Shown here one piece after another: positions 47,623 through 56,410 of a stretch of 57,911 nucleotides of DNA. The stretch's first letter is position 1. The number at the start of each line of letters is the position of its first letter. Under the pieces are notes generated by a model. That model did not search any database. It worked only from the letters and a program-made list of their open reading frames with translations, and was not told the origin of the DNA. The stretch covers positions 1-57,911 of the forward strand of contig JACPCS010000055.1 in the NCBI GenBank assembly GCA_016184455.1. The letters are read 5' to 3'. Origin of the DNA: Acidobacteriota bacterium (GTDB lineage Bacteria > Acidobacteriota > Vicinamibacteria > Vicinamibacterales > UBA2999). The translations under genes and the position numbers were made by a program.

Positions 47623-48183
47623 TCACGTTGAAGGGATTGATCGGCGGATCTCTTCGAGCAAGGCCGCAGTGCTGTGCTCAGCCGCCCAGCGGTCGACGTA
47701 CGCCCAATCGAGCTCGGCTCCCCGCACCGCGATAATGTTCCGGACATCCTCGATGTCCTTCGACCGATGGGCTGCGTCGGCCCACCGCAGCTTCGTCACG
47801 ATCATGTCTTCGGCGGTTGCCACGAAGGCCACGCGTCCCAGGAGGCGGACGCGCTGCCGGCGGCTGAATCGCTCCCGATCGTGCGCATCATCGCTGCGGC
47901 CGAACAGCTCGCACACGAACGGATTGCTCGCCAACTCAATCACGTATCGTGTGGTGCCGGTCGCCGCCTCGAAGGATCCCTGACGTTGCAGGGTCAGGCC
48001 GGGCGGAAGGGCGCCAGCAAGGCTTGCAAGGCGTCCGGGCGTCGCTTCGATGACGAAGTCGGCGTCACGCGTCGATCGCGGAATTCCATGAAAGTTCGAG
48101 GCGAGGGACCCGACGAGCATGTACGGTACCGCCGCAGTCTCGAGCGCGTCGAGGACCGCGACCACCGCTTCGTCCGCGGTCAC
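47623..48183 (-). CDS. Minimal nucleotidyltransferase-fold protein (pol-beta superfamily; possible TA/Abi-type NTase)
   Basis: 'VGSLASNFHGIPRSTRDADFVIE' fits hG[GS]-x(9-13)-DxD. Confidence 0.5.
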   Translation of the reverse strand: MTADEAVVAVLDALETAAVPYMLVGSLASNFHGIPRSTRDADFVIEATPGRLASLAGALPPGLTLQRQGSFEAATGTTRYVIELASNPFVCELFGRSDDAHDRERFSRRQRVRLLGRVAFVATAEDMIVTKLRWADAAHRSKDIEDVRNIIAVRGAELDWAYVDRWAAEHSTAALLEEIRRSIPST

Positions 48184-48407
48184 CTGGACTCGATGGCCTT
48201 GAGCCGAGCCATTCGATCATCGAGGAGCGCGCGGACACCAGCCTCGTCGAGCTCCGGATGGGCATGTCGGATGCCCTCGGTCATCAGCCGCCAGGCTCGT
48301 TCGAAGAGGCGCGGACCCTCGAGAAGCTTGTCCTCCGGTTCCAGGGCACGAGCCCGCGCGATTTCCTCTCGATAGAGCTCGTCCGTCAGAGCGACGATCG
48401 ACGCCAT
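48180..48407 (-). CDS. Small helical protein (75 aa) overlapping the NTase start by 4 nt
   Basis: ATGA-type overlap. Charged helical sequence. Confidence 0.4.
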   Translation of the reverse strand: MASIVALTDELYREEIARARALEPEDKLLEGPRLFERAWRLMTEGIRHAHPELDEAGVRALLDDRMARLKAIESR

Positions 48408-48499
48408 TCGAAGAGGATTCTATCAGAGCTACTCGCACGCACCCGCAGGCCCGTAACGAAATGCTGAGCGGCAGGGCCGCACGCATCGAGATCGACGAC

Positions 48500-49852
48500 T
48501 CAGGCCTGCGCGAACCCCGGCCAGTACACCGCGCAGAGATAGCCGATCGTCAGCAGCGTCAGCAGCGACAGCGCCGCGAGCCCGAGCCCCTTCCACAGCA
48601 TCGTCCGCAGGTTGATGCCGTAGCCGGCGGCCACGGCGGGGCCGCCCGCAGAGGACGGCAGCGCGTAGCCGCAGTTGCCGAGCGCCGTCACGATGTAGAC
48701 GAACGGAATCGGGTTGAGGCCGAGCCCCTGAAACGTGCTGATCACGATCGGCACGACGATCGCGATCGCCGCCGTGTTGTTCGTGATCTGCGTCACCGTG
48801 ATCGCGAGCACCGCGAACAGCGCCACCGCCCCGAACCCACCGCCGCTCGCATAGGGCGCGAGCGCATCCGCGATGAAGCGCGCGGCACCCGATTCGCTGA
48901 GCACCTCACCCAGCGCGGTGCCGCCCGCAAACAGGTAGATCAGCCCCCACATCATGTTCGCCTGGGCGTACTTCCAGGTGATGAGCGGCTCGCCGTTCTT
49001 GCGGATGGCGAAGCAGAGCAGACCGCACACGAGGAACGCGTATGCCGGCGCGAGCGCCCAGGTCTCCTGCGCGGACATCCGGCCGAGCGCGCGAATGCGC
49101 TCGAGGAAAAACGTACGGGAGCCCTCGACCTCGGCCATCTCCGGCCTGAACGCCAGCCGCATGTAGACGATCGAGACGATCACCAGGCCGATCGTCATCG
49201 GCAGAAAGCGCGTCACCCACGTGACGAAGAGGAACTCGCGGTTCGTGACCGAATCCTGAATGAACTGAATCGTGAGGAGGTTCGGCGCCCCGCCCAGCGG
49301 GGTGGCGAAGCCGCCGACGCTCGTGCCCCAGGCGATCGCCACCATCATCGCCGTGCCGAGGACGCTCGTCCTGAGGTCCTCGACGCCGATGAACTTCAGC
49401 ATGGCGAGCACGATGGGGCACAGCGAGGCCGCCACGATCGTATTGGGCAGAAACGCGCTCAGGATCATCGCCAGCACGAACCAGGTCATGATCTGCCGCT
49501 GGGTGTTCGTGCCCATGACGACGAGCGAGGCGAGCGCGATCCGCTTGTCGATCCCCCAGCGCGCCCACGCCGTCGTCAGCAGGTTCGCGCCGAGGAGCAG
49601 GATGATGAGGTCCTGCGCGTAGGCCGAGAGCACGCGCGGCATCGGCACGAAATTGAAGAGCGCGGCGACGCCGAGCGGGAGGAAGCCGGTGACCGCCAGA
49701 TCGACCGGCTCGGTGACCCACCACCACGCCATCCAGAGCAGCAGGCCGAGCGCGCAGCGGACGGGATACGCCATCGCGCCGGCGCCAAGGAGCACGACCG
49801 CGGCAAAGAGCGCGGGCCCGAGAATCAGATGCAGCGTGGTGCGGGAGGCCAA
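48500..49852 (-). CDS. Anion permease of the ArsB/NhaD-DASS (SLC13-like) superfamily
   Basis: 450 aa with about 12-14 TM segments, and repeated 'G...G.P' hairpin-like motifs typical of DASS transporters. Confidence 0.75.
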   Translation of the reverse strand: MASRTTLHLILGPALFAAVVLLGAGAMAYPVRCALGLLLWMAWWWVTEPVDLAVTGFLPLGVAALFNFVPMPRVLSAYAQDLIILLLGANLLTTAWARWGIDKRIALASLVVMGTNTQRQIMTWFVLAMILSAFLPNTIVAASLCPIVLAMLKFIGVEDLRTSVLGTAMMVAIAWGTSVGGFATPLGGAPNLLTIQFIQDSVTNREFLFVTWVTRFLPMTIGLVIVSIVYMRLAFRPEMAEVEGSRTFFLERIRALGRMSAQETWALAPAYAFLVCGLLCFAIRKNGEPLITWKYAQANMMWGLIYLFAGGTALGEVLSESGAARFIADALAPYASGGGFGAVALFAVLAITVTQITNNTAAIAIVVPIVISTFQGLGLNPIPFVYIVTALGNCGYALPSSAGGPAVAAGYGINLRTMLWKGLGLAALSLLTLLTIGYLCAVYWPGFAQA

Positions 49853-49869
49853 CGCCTGAAGCCCGAAGC

Positions 49870-50808
49870 CTAGAGCCGGAGCACGCCCACCAATTCCCGG
49901 ACCGCGGCCGCTGACGCGTGCAGCGCCGCGTGCTCGTCGGGCGTCAGGTGCAGCTCGATGATCTGGTCGACGCCGCGGGCGCCGAGCTTCACCGGCACGC
50001 CGACGAAGACGCCGCGCACGCCGTACTCACCCTCCAGCAGGACCGAGCAGGGCATGATCTTCTTCTGGTCCTTGAGGATCGCCTCCACCATCTGGACAAC
50101 CGCGGCCGACGGCGCGTAGTAGGCGCCGCCCGTGCGCAGCAGGTTGACGATCTCGATGCCGCCGTCGCGCGTGCGCTGGTTGATCGCCTCGATCCGCTCG
50201 CGCGGGAGGAGCTCGGGCAGCGGAATGCTCGCCACGGTCGTGTACCGCGGCAGCGGCACCATCGTGTCGCCATGCCCGCCGAGCACGAGCGCGTGCACGT
50301 TGTCGATCGACACGCCCAGCTCCTGCGCGACGAAGGTGCTCATACGGCCCGAATCGAGAATGCCGGCCATGCCGATCACGCGCTCTTTCGGGAAGCCGCT
50401 GATGCGGTACGCAGCCTGCGCCATCGCGTCGAGCGGATTGGTCACCATGATCAGGATCGCGCCGGGCGAGTGCGGTACGATCGCCTCGACGACGGCCTTG
50501 ATCACGTCGTAGTTCGCCTGCAGCAGATCGTTGCGGCTCATGCCGGGCTTGCGCGGGAACCCGGCGGCGATCACGACGATGTCGCTGCCCGCCGTCTCGC
50601 GGTAGTCGCCGGAGGCGGTGGAGATGCCCCGGGCGTGCACGTCGGAGCCGACGATCGGCGTCGACTCGAGCAGATCGAGCGCCTTGCCCGCCGGCACGCC
50701 CTCGATCACGTCCGTCAGGACGACGTCGGCCAGCTCGCGATCGACGATGCGCTGGGCCGTCGTCGAGCCGACGAATCCGGCGCCGACGACGGTGACCTTC
50801 TTGCGCAT
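49870..50808 (-). CDS. mdh: Malate dehydrogenase (LDH-like MDH)
   Basis: '[12 protein letters not shown]', '[16 protein letters not shown]', 'GGHGDTMVP', '[10 protein letters not shown]'. Confidence 0.95.
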   Translation of the reverse strand: MRKKVTVVGAGFVGSTTAQRIVDRELADVVLTDVIEGVPAGKALDLLESTPIVGSDVHARGISTASGDYRETAGSDIVVIAAGFPRKPGMSRNDLLQANYDVIKAVVEAIVPHSPGAILIMVTNPLDAMAQAAYRISGFPKERVIGMAGILDSGRMSTFVAQELGVSIDNVHALVLGGHGDTMVPLPRYTTVASIPLPELLPRERIEAINQRTRDGGIEIVNLLRTGGAYYAPSAAVVQMVEAILKDQKKIMPCSVLLEGEYGVRGVFVGVPVKLGARGVDQIIELHLTPDEHAALHASAAAVRELVGVLRL

Positions 50809-51974
50809 TACGCCGTCTGATACAGCCGGGTCAGCACGAACTCGCGGTGCCCCATCACCTCGGCGCACGTGAGGCGCCCGTTGCACGTGCGGATCACCAG
50901 ATCGATCAGCAGGTCGCCCGCCTGGTCGAGCGTCAGCTCGCGGCGCAGGATGCCCGAGACGTCGAGATCGATGTGCTCCACCATCGTCCGCGCCGTCTTC
51001 GGGTTGGCGGTGAGCTTGATGACCGGCTCGATCGGGTTGCCGATCACGTTCCCCTGGCCGGTGGGGAACAGGTGCACGACGAACCCGGCTGCCGCCTGCA
51101 ACGTCACGCACTCGGCCGCGGCGGATGACGTGTCCATGTAGTAGAGGCCGGGCCCTTTGGCGGGTGCTTCGGCCGGCTTCAGCACGTCGATGTACGTGGT
51201 CTTCCTGCCGATCTTCTGGAGGTTGCCAAACGCCTTTTCCTCGATCGTCGTCAGGCCGCCGGCGAGGTTGCCCTTCGTCGGCTGCGAGTCGGAGAGGTCG
51301 CTCGTCTTGTGCCGGTTGATGACGTCCTGATAGGCGTTGAACACCTGCAGGAAGCGGTCGCCCACCTCCTTGCTGGCCGCCCGGCTGGCGCACACCATTT
51401 CGGCGCCCGTGATCTCGGACGTTTCGCCGAAACACGTGGTGACGCCCAACGGATCGAGCGTGTCGATGAGGTTGCCCACCGTGGGGCACGACGCGAGGCC
51501 GGAGGTCGTGTCGCTCTCGCCGCACTTCGTCGAGACGAACAGCTCCTCGATCGAGCAGCGCTCGCGCTGCCGCTCGGAGGCCCACTGCATGAACTCACGC
51601 GCCTGACGAGACGCGTTGGCGATCGTCGCGATGTCACCGTGTTCCTCGATCGAGAAGCCGGCGACCGGTTTGCCCGTCTTCTCGATCCCGTCGACGATGT
51701 GCCCCGTCCAGGCAGGCTCGATGCCGATGACGACGCACGCCGCGACGTTCGGGTTCGAGCCGATGCCGATGAGCGTGCGGAAGAACAGCTCCAGGTCCTC
51801 GCCGAACTGCAGCCGCCCGTAGGCGTGGGGCAGCGCCAGCGTCCCTTTGATGTTGTGCGCCACCGCCTCGGAGGCGGCGTTCGACAGATCGTCGAGCGGG
51901 AGGATGACGACGTGATTGCGAATGCCGACCCGGCCGTTTTCGCGCCGATATCCGGAGAACTCGTAGCGTGCCAC
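50808..51974 (-). CDS. UxaA-family sugar-acid dehydratase, large C-terminal subunit (altronate/galactarate dehydratase-like)
   Basis: Cys-rich metal-site blocks '[13 protein letters not shown]', 'CFGETSE'. The GTG start follows the SAF subunit stop by 2 nt, preceded by a GAGGTGG RBS. Confidence 0.8.
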   Translation of the reverse strand: MARYEFSGYRRENGRVGIRNHVVILPLDDLSNAASEAVAHNIKGTLALPHAYGRLQFGEDLELFFRTLIGIGSNPNVAACVVIGIEPAWTGHIVDGIEKTGKPVAGFSIEEHGDIATIANASRQAREFMQWASERQRERCSIEELFVSTKCGESDTTSGLASCPTVGNLIDTLDPLGVTTCFGETSEITGAEMVCASRAASKEVGDRFLQVFNAYQDVINRHKTSDLSDSQPTKGNLAGGLTTIEEKAFGNLQKIGRKTTYIDVLKPAEAPAKGPGLYYMDTSSAAAECVTLQAAAGFVVHLFPTGQGNVIGNPIEPVIKLTANPKTARTMVEHIDLDVSGILRRELTLDQAGDLLIDLVIRTCNGRLTCAEVMGHREFVLTRLYQTA

Positions 51975-51976
51975 CG

Positions 51977-52264
51977 TTACCACCTCTTCGTCTTCAGGTT
52001 GTGGACGTGCACGTGACGTCCCTTGCCGATATGGGACGCGGCCCGTCCGATGTCGTGGCCGTACTTCAGCACCGTGTCGCCCTGCGTGATGTCGGCGAGC
52101 GCGATCTTGTGGCCGAGCGGAATCGCGTCGAGCGCCGTGATCGTAATCGTTTCGTCGGTTTCCATGATCCAGCCGGTGACCGTCGTGTTCGGCTGGATGT
52201 TCTCGACAACGGCGACTCCGACCGTGTCTGCCTTGTCGTGCACGATGAAATCGGTAGTGGGCAT
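51977..52264 (-). CDS. UxaA-family dehydratase, small SAF-domain subunit
   Basis: '[15 protein letters not shown]...[30 protein letters not shown]'. Confidence 0.8.
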   Translation of the reverse strand: MPTTDFIVHDKADTVGVAVVENIQPNTTVTGWIMETDETITITALDAIPLGHKIALADITQGDTVLKYGHDIGRAASHIGKGRHVHVHNLKTKRW

Positions 52265-52287
52265 TGACCTGACGTCTTCCTCCTGTC

Positions 52288-52788
52288 TCAGTACATGAAC
52301 ACATACACTGCGCCGGAATCATCCACGGCGTTGCCGGTGCCGTCCTCGTTGTGCGCGCCGACCGCGAGCGTCCGGCCGTCGCCGCCGAGCGCGACCGCGC
52401 TGCCGAACTCGTCGCCCGCTTCGGTGTTCGAGCCCTTGACGCAGGCACGCGCGGTCCAGGTGGCGCCGTTCCGCGTATACACGTAGACGGCGCCCGATTC
52501 CTCGGCCTGATTCCGGTGATCCCGCCACGGGTTCAGCTGATCGACGATGAGAAACGGCTGGAGCGCCGCGGGACGAACGCCCTGGCCGGCGTTGTCTTCG
52601 AGATAGGCAACTTCCCTGAGCGGCAGCGTCGGCGCCGGCTGGCGTGCGAGTACAGGCGTCAGGGTGGCGGCCAGTACGACGGCCGGGATGCCGGTCCGCC
52701 TGAAGGCGGACGCTACGTACGAAAGAGGTGCCCCCCGGCGTACGTGGTGTCCGGCTTCAGCCGGACCACGAGCGATCTTGCGGTTCAT
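52288..52788 (-). CDS. Short FG-GAP-repeat protein, an internal-deletion paralog of the upstream gene. Its 5' end overlaps a REP pair.
   Basis: C-terminal two FG-GAP repeats ('[23 protein letters not shown]...SGAVYVF'). A signal-like '[17 protein letters not shown]' follows immediately after the REP-encoded residues. Confidence 0.45.
   Translation of the reverse strand: MNRKIARGPAEAGHHVRRGAPLSYVASAFRRTGIPAVVLAATLTPVLARQPAPTLPLREVAYLEDNAGQGVRPAALQPFLIVDQLNPWRDHRNQAEESGAVYVYTRNGATWTARACVKGSNTEAGDEFGSAVALGGDGRTLAVGAHNEDGTGNAVDDSGAVYVFMY
52694..52767. repeat. Inverted REP pair (type B ... type A; BIME-like)
   Basis: 'gtccgcctgaaggcggacgctacgtac' then a 19-nt spacer, then 'cgtacgtggtgtccggcttcagccggac'. 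Confidence 0.6.
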
Positions 52789-52793
52789 TCCGC

Positions 52794-54458
52794 TCAATAG
52801 ACGAACACGTACGCTGCGCCGGAATCCTGCGCCGAGTTGTCCGCCTGATTCCCATTGATGCCCGTGGCCGCGCCGTCCTCCTGGTGCGCGCCGACGACCA
52901 TCATCCGGCCGTCGACGGTGAGCGCCACGGAGCTGCCGAACTCGTCGCCGGCGTCAGTGTTCGCGCCCTTCACGTACGCGCCGGCAGTCCACGTGGTCCC
53001 CTTGCGCGTGTAGAGATACACGGCGCCCGATTCCTCGGCTTCGTTCCGGTGCTCCCGCCAGGCATTCAGCATGTCCTGCACGAGGAGCTGCTGCACCATC
53101 GGCGGCCGAACGCCGCGGCCGCCGTTGTCCTCGAGATACGAGGAGACGACCAGCGTATTGCCGTCTCCGCTCAGCGCGAGTCTCACGCCGAACGAGTTGT
53201 ACGGGCGGGCGTTCGGCGCCTTGATGAAGGTCTGCTCCGTCCAGGCGTTGCCAGTCTTCGCAAAGACGTACGCCGCGCCCACCCAGATGTTCGCGCCCCG
53301 GCGGGGCGGCGCGTCGTCGGTGCACCCGGGCGGATCGATGCCGGGCGTCAGGCACGCCTCGTCTCCCGCGCCCACCGCGACCGTGTTGCCGTCGTCGCTC
53401 AGGCCGACCGAAAAGCCGAAGCCGTCGCTCGTCTCGTTCTTCGAGCCCTTGATGTAGGCCTGCTGGCTCCAGCTGCCGTTCTGGCGCGTGAAGATGTAGA
53501 GCGCTCCGGAATTGATCGAGCTGTTGTCGTGCGGCGGGTTGAATCCCTTGCCCGAGCCGTCTTCGTCGAACGCGGTGGCCGCCAGCGTATTGCCGTCGTA
53601 ACTGAGCGCGACGGCAAATCCCAGGAGATCCCCGGCGCCCATGTGTGACGTCTTGACGTAGGCCTGTTGCGCCCACGTGGTCCCCGTCCGCGTGAACACG
53701 TACACCGCGCCCGCGGAGGTCGCCGAGTCGTCATTCTGGTTGCCGTTGATCTGCTGCGCTCCGCCGTCTTCGGTGATGGCGCCGACGGCGAGCGTGTTGC
53801 CGTCGCCGCTCAACGCGAGCGAGAAGCCGAACTGATCGCCGTCGCCGACGTCGTCACCTCCCTTGCCGGGCCTTCCGGTGTTCGACGCCTTGATGTAGGT
53901 CTGCTGCGTCCACGTCGTCCCGGTGCGGGTAAGGATGTAGACCGCGCCTGCCTGCGGGACCGAGTCGTCATTCTGGTTGCCGTTGACCCCGGTGGCCGCG
54001 CTCGCTTCCCAGTGGGCGGCGACCGCCATGGTGTTGCCGTCGCGGCTCAGCGCGACGGAGGACCCGAAGTGATCGCTCTGGCCGGGGTTCGACGCCTTCA
54101 CGTATGCCTGCTGCGTCCAGCCGTCGCCCTGCCGGACGTAGACGTAGACGGCGCCCGACGCATAGAGCGAGTTGTCGCGCTGGTTGCCGTTGATGCCTTT
54201 CGCGTTGCTGCTCTCGAACGGCGCGCCAACCGCCATCGTCGTGCCGTCGCCGCTCAGCGCGACCGAGTTTCCGGTATGCCCCTGGTTGCCGCCGCCGCAG
54301 GCGAAGTGGTCGTACGCCTCCGCGTTCGACGCCTTGATGTAGGCGACCTGCTCGAGCGGCAGCATCGGCGGCACCTCCTTGTTCAGCGTGGGCGGCTGCG
54401 CGTGGAGGGAGCCGGGGACGAACAGGAAGACCGCGAAGGCGAGCATGATCCGTGGCAT
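52794..54458 (-). CDS. Secreted FG-GAP repeat (integrin-alpha-like beta-propeller) protein
   Basis: AAGGAG RBS, then 'MPRIMLAFAVFLFVPGSLHAQ'. About 8 repeats of 'D.FG.S(V/L)ALS.DGNT.AVGA..E....G.NGNQ.D.S...GAVY(V/I)(F/Y)'. Confidence 0.75.
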   Translation of the reverse strand: MPRIMLAFAVFLFVPGSLHAQPPTLNKEVPPMLPLEQVAYIKASNAEAYDHFACGGGNQGHTGNSVALSGDGTTMAVGAPFESSNAKGINGNQRDNSLYASGAVYVYVRQGDGWTQQAYVKASNPGQSDHFGSSVALSRDGNTMAVAAHWEASAATGVNGNQNDDSVPQAGAVYILTRTGTTWTQQTYIKASNTGRPGKGGDDVGDGDQFGFSLALSGDGNTLAVGAITEDGGAQQINGNQNDDSATSAGAVYVFTRTGTTWAQQAYVKTSHMGAGDLLGFAVALSYDGNTLAATAFDEDGSGKGFNPPHDNSSINSGALYIFTRQNGSWSQQAYIKGSKNETSDGFGFSVGLSDDGNTVAVGAGDEACLTPGIDPPGCTDDAPPRRGANIWVGAAYVFAKTGNAWTEQTFIKAPNARPYNSFGVRLALSGDGNTLVVSSYLEDNGGRGVRPPMVQQLLVQDMLNAWREHRNEAEESGAVYLYTRKGTTWTAGAYVKGANTDAGDEFGSSVALTVDGRMMVVGAHQEDGAATGINGNQADNSAQDSGAAYVFVY

Positions 54459-54469
54459 ACGCAAACTCC

Positions 54470-56371
54470 TTACTTGTCCGCCGCAGCGATCGGCGCGGAG
54501 GCGGAGTCGCGGAATCTCACGATGAGGTGCGCCTTGTTGGATGTACCGTTGCCCCACTGCTGCCCGATTTCCGGGTGCAGCGGCCATGGATTGCGGACGA
54601 CGAGCTCGTGCCAGCCAGGCTCGCGCAGCAGGCTCGTATCGAGGGTCACCTGGAGCTCGGAGCCGCTCACCGCCGTGAACGGGACCGGGACGCCCCTGAA
54701 GAGCACCTGCGACCGCCGCACGAAGTTGAAGCCGCGCAGCGTGATCGTGGTGGTCGGGCTCCCCTCGGTGACCATGATCGGGGTGATCGATTCAATGGCG
54801 GGCTGCGGCGACTCCGAGGGATTCGGCAGCGGCTGGCCGGGCCCGACCGGGCGCTGCCCGTTGAAGCGTCCGCCGCTGCCGGTGAACGCCACCGTCTGGA
54901 AGGCGTTGACCCAGAGGAGCGCCTCGACGGGCGGGTTCATCTCCGAGTCGCGCTTGAACACCGGGTTGTAGCCGGCGCTGTAGCCGCGCTCGACGCGCGT
55001 CCCGTTGAAGATCACCGTGTCGACCTGCCGGAGGTTGTCGATGTTCTGCAGCGGGTCGGCGTTCACGATGAGAATGTCGGCGAGCTTGCCGGGCTCGATC
55101 GTGCCGAGATCCTTGCCGCGCGCGATCATCTCGGCCGACCATTTCGTGGCGCCCTGGATGATCTGCATTGGAGGGATGCCCGCCTCGACGAAGATCCGCA
55201 TCTCGTGGATCAGGCTGTTGCCGGGCACGCGCGTCGGGTTGGTGTTGGCGCCGGGCACGACGCGGCCGCCGGCGTCGGCAAACATCTTGTGGAACCGCAG
55301 CGCATTCAGGTAGCCCCGCAGCCGGCGCTCGCGGACGGCGCCGGTGCCGCCGGGCCGGCCGCGATAGATGGCGAGGGCGGTCTCGATCCGCTCCGGCGGG
55401 TAGTAGGCGACGAGCGCCGGATCGGCCGTGTCGAAGAAGCGCCGATCCTCCTGCGCAAACGTGTCCCAGTCGCGCTGGAAGCCTGGGTACGTCGCGCGAA
55501 ACGTGGGCGTCAGCGCGACGTTGTGCTTCACCAGGAGCTGAATGAGATCCCTCGCCTTGGCCTCATCCATCTCCGAGTACAGATCCGCTTCGTTGCGCGG
55601 GTCGTCTTCGCTCGTGACGGGCGTCCGGGCGACGGTGCGGCCGATGCCGGCCGAGTGCGGCATGTTCGTCGTGCCGAGGAGCGCCGCCTCCCTCGGTCCG
55701 AGCACCGGTCCGTAGGCGCGCATGAACGTCGGCTTGCCGACCCGCTTCGCTTCGTCCGCGACGGCGCGGTTGATCTCCATCGGCAGGCCGCCCTCGGCAA
55801 TCTGAATCATGTCGGCGCCGAGCTCCGCCCAGGTGCGCACGTACGCGCGCGCCTCCTCGGCCGTCTTCGGCGTGCGTCCCGGCGTGCCGGGCGTCTCGAG
55901 GCCGGTGCCGCCCACCGGCTCGTCGGTGAACCGTGAGATCCCCGTGAACGGCCGCGGACCACGGATGAGTCCCTTGTGCACGGCGTCGCGGTGCGGCGCG
56001 CCGATCTCACCGGCGATGCCGACGTCGATCGTCGACGTGATGCCGTAGTTGAGCATCACCTCGCCGTAGTACCACTGGTAGCTGACCTGCGAGTCCCAGA
56101 GCCCCGGCAGGATGAATTTGCCGTCGGCGCGAATCACCTGCGCGTTGGCCGGAATGGCCGCCTGGCCGCGGCGCGACACCGCGGCAATCCGATCGCCCTG
56201 GATGATCACGACCGCGTCGGGAACGGGCGCGCCGCCGTTGCCGTCGATGAGCGTGCCGCCGTCGATGACGAGCGGCGCGGGCACCTGGGCGGCGGCCGAT
56301 GTCGAGAGCCAGCCTGCCGCGACCGCTGCGATGACTCCGCAGGTCACTGCGGACACGAATCGATACAGCAT
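54470..56371 (-). CDS. Secreted amidohydrolase-family metal hydrolase with a C-terminal IPT/TIG-like domain
   Basis: Signal peptide 'MLYRFVSAVTCGVIAAVAAGWLSTSAAAQ'. Amidohydrolase N-terminal beta-sandwich 'LVIDGGTLIDGNG...IIQGDRIAAV', 'GKFILPGLWDSQVSY', 'GKLADILIV' tail. The start is at the internal ATG 56371. Confidence 0.75.
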   Translation of the reverse strand: MLYRFVSAVTCGVIAAVAAGWLSTSAAAQVPAPLVIDGGTLIDGNGGAPVPDAVVIIQGDRIAAVSRRGQAAIPANAQVIRADGKFILPGLWDSQVSYQWYYGEVMLNYGITSTIDVGIAGEIGAPHRDAVHKGLIRGPRPFTGISRFTDEPVGGTGLETPGTPGRTPKTAEEARAYVRTWAELGADMIQIAEGGLPMEINRAVADEAKRVGKPTFMRAYGPVLGPREAALLGTTNMPHSAGIGRTVARTPVTSEDDPRNEADLYSEMDEAKARDLIQLLVKHNVALTPTFRATYPGFQRDWDTFAQEDRRFFDTADPALVAYYPPERIETALAIYRGRPGGTGAVRERRLRGYLNALRFHKMFADAGGRVVPGANTNPTRVPGNSLIHEMRIFVEAGIPPMQIIQGATKWSAEMIARGKDLGTIEPGKLADILIVNADPLQNIDNLRQVDTVIFNGTRVERGYSAGYNPVFKRDSEMNPPVEALLWVNAFQTVAFTGSGGRFNGQRPVGPGQPLPNPSESPQPAIESITPIMVTEGSPTTTITLRGFNFVRRSQVLFRGVPVPFTAVSGSELQVTLDTSLLREPGWHELVVRNPWPLHPEIGQQWGNGTSNKAHLIVRFRDSASAPIAAADK

Positions 56372-56410
56372 CGGGAAAAGGAATCGCCATTCTACAATCG
56401 AACGCACCGG

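Noticed and set aside
46718-49873. ORFs 46718-47983(+), 48461-49873(+) and 48906-49727(-)
   Set aside because: Antisense or off-frame to the di-haem cytochrome and the permease. The permease frame has ~12 TM helices.
52728-55936. Plus-strand ORFs 52728-53648, 53667-54971 and 54452-55936 opposite the FG-GAP and amidohydrolase genes
   Set aside because: Shadow ORFs. The minus-strand frames carry repeated FG-GAP blades and amidohydrolase motifs with proper signal peptides and RBSs.
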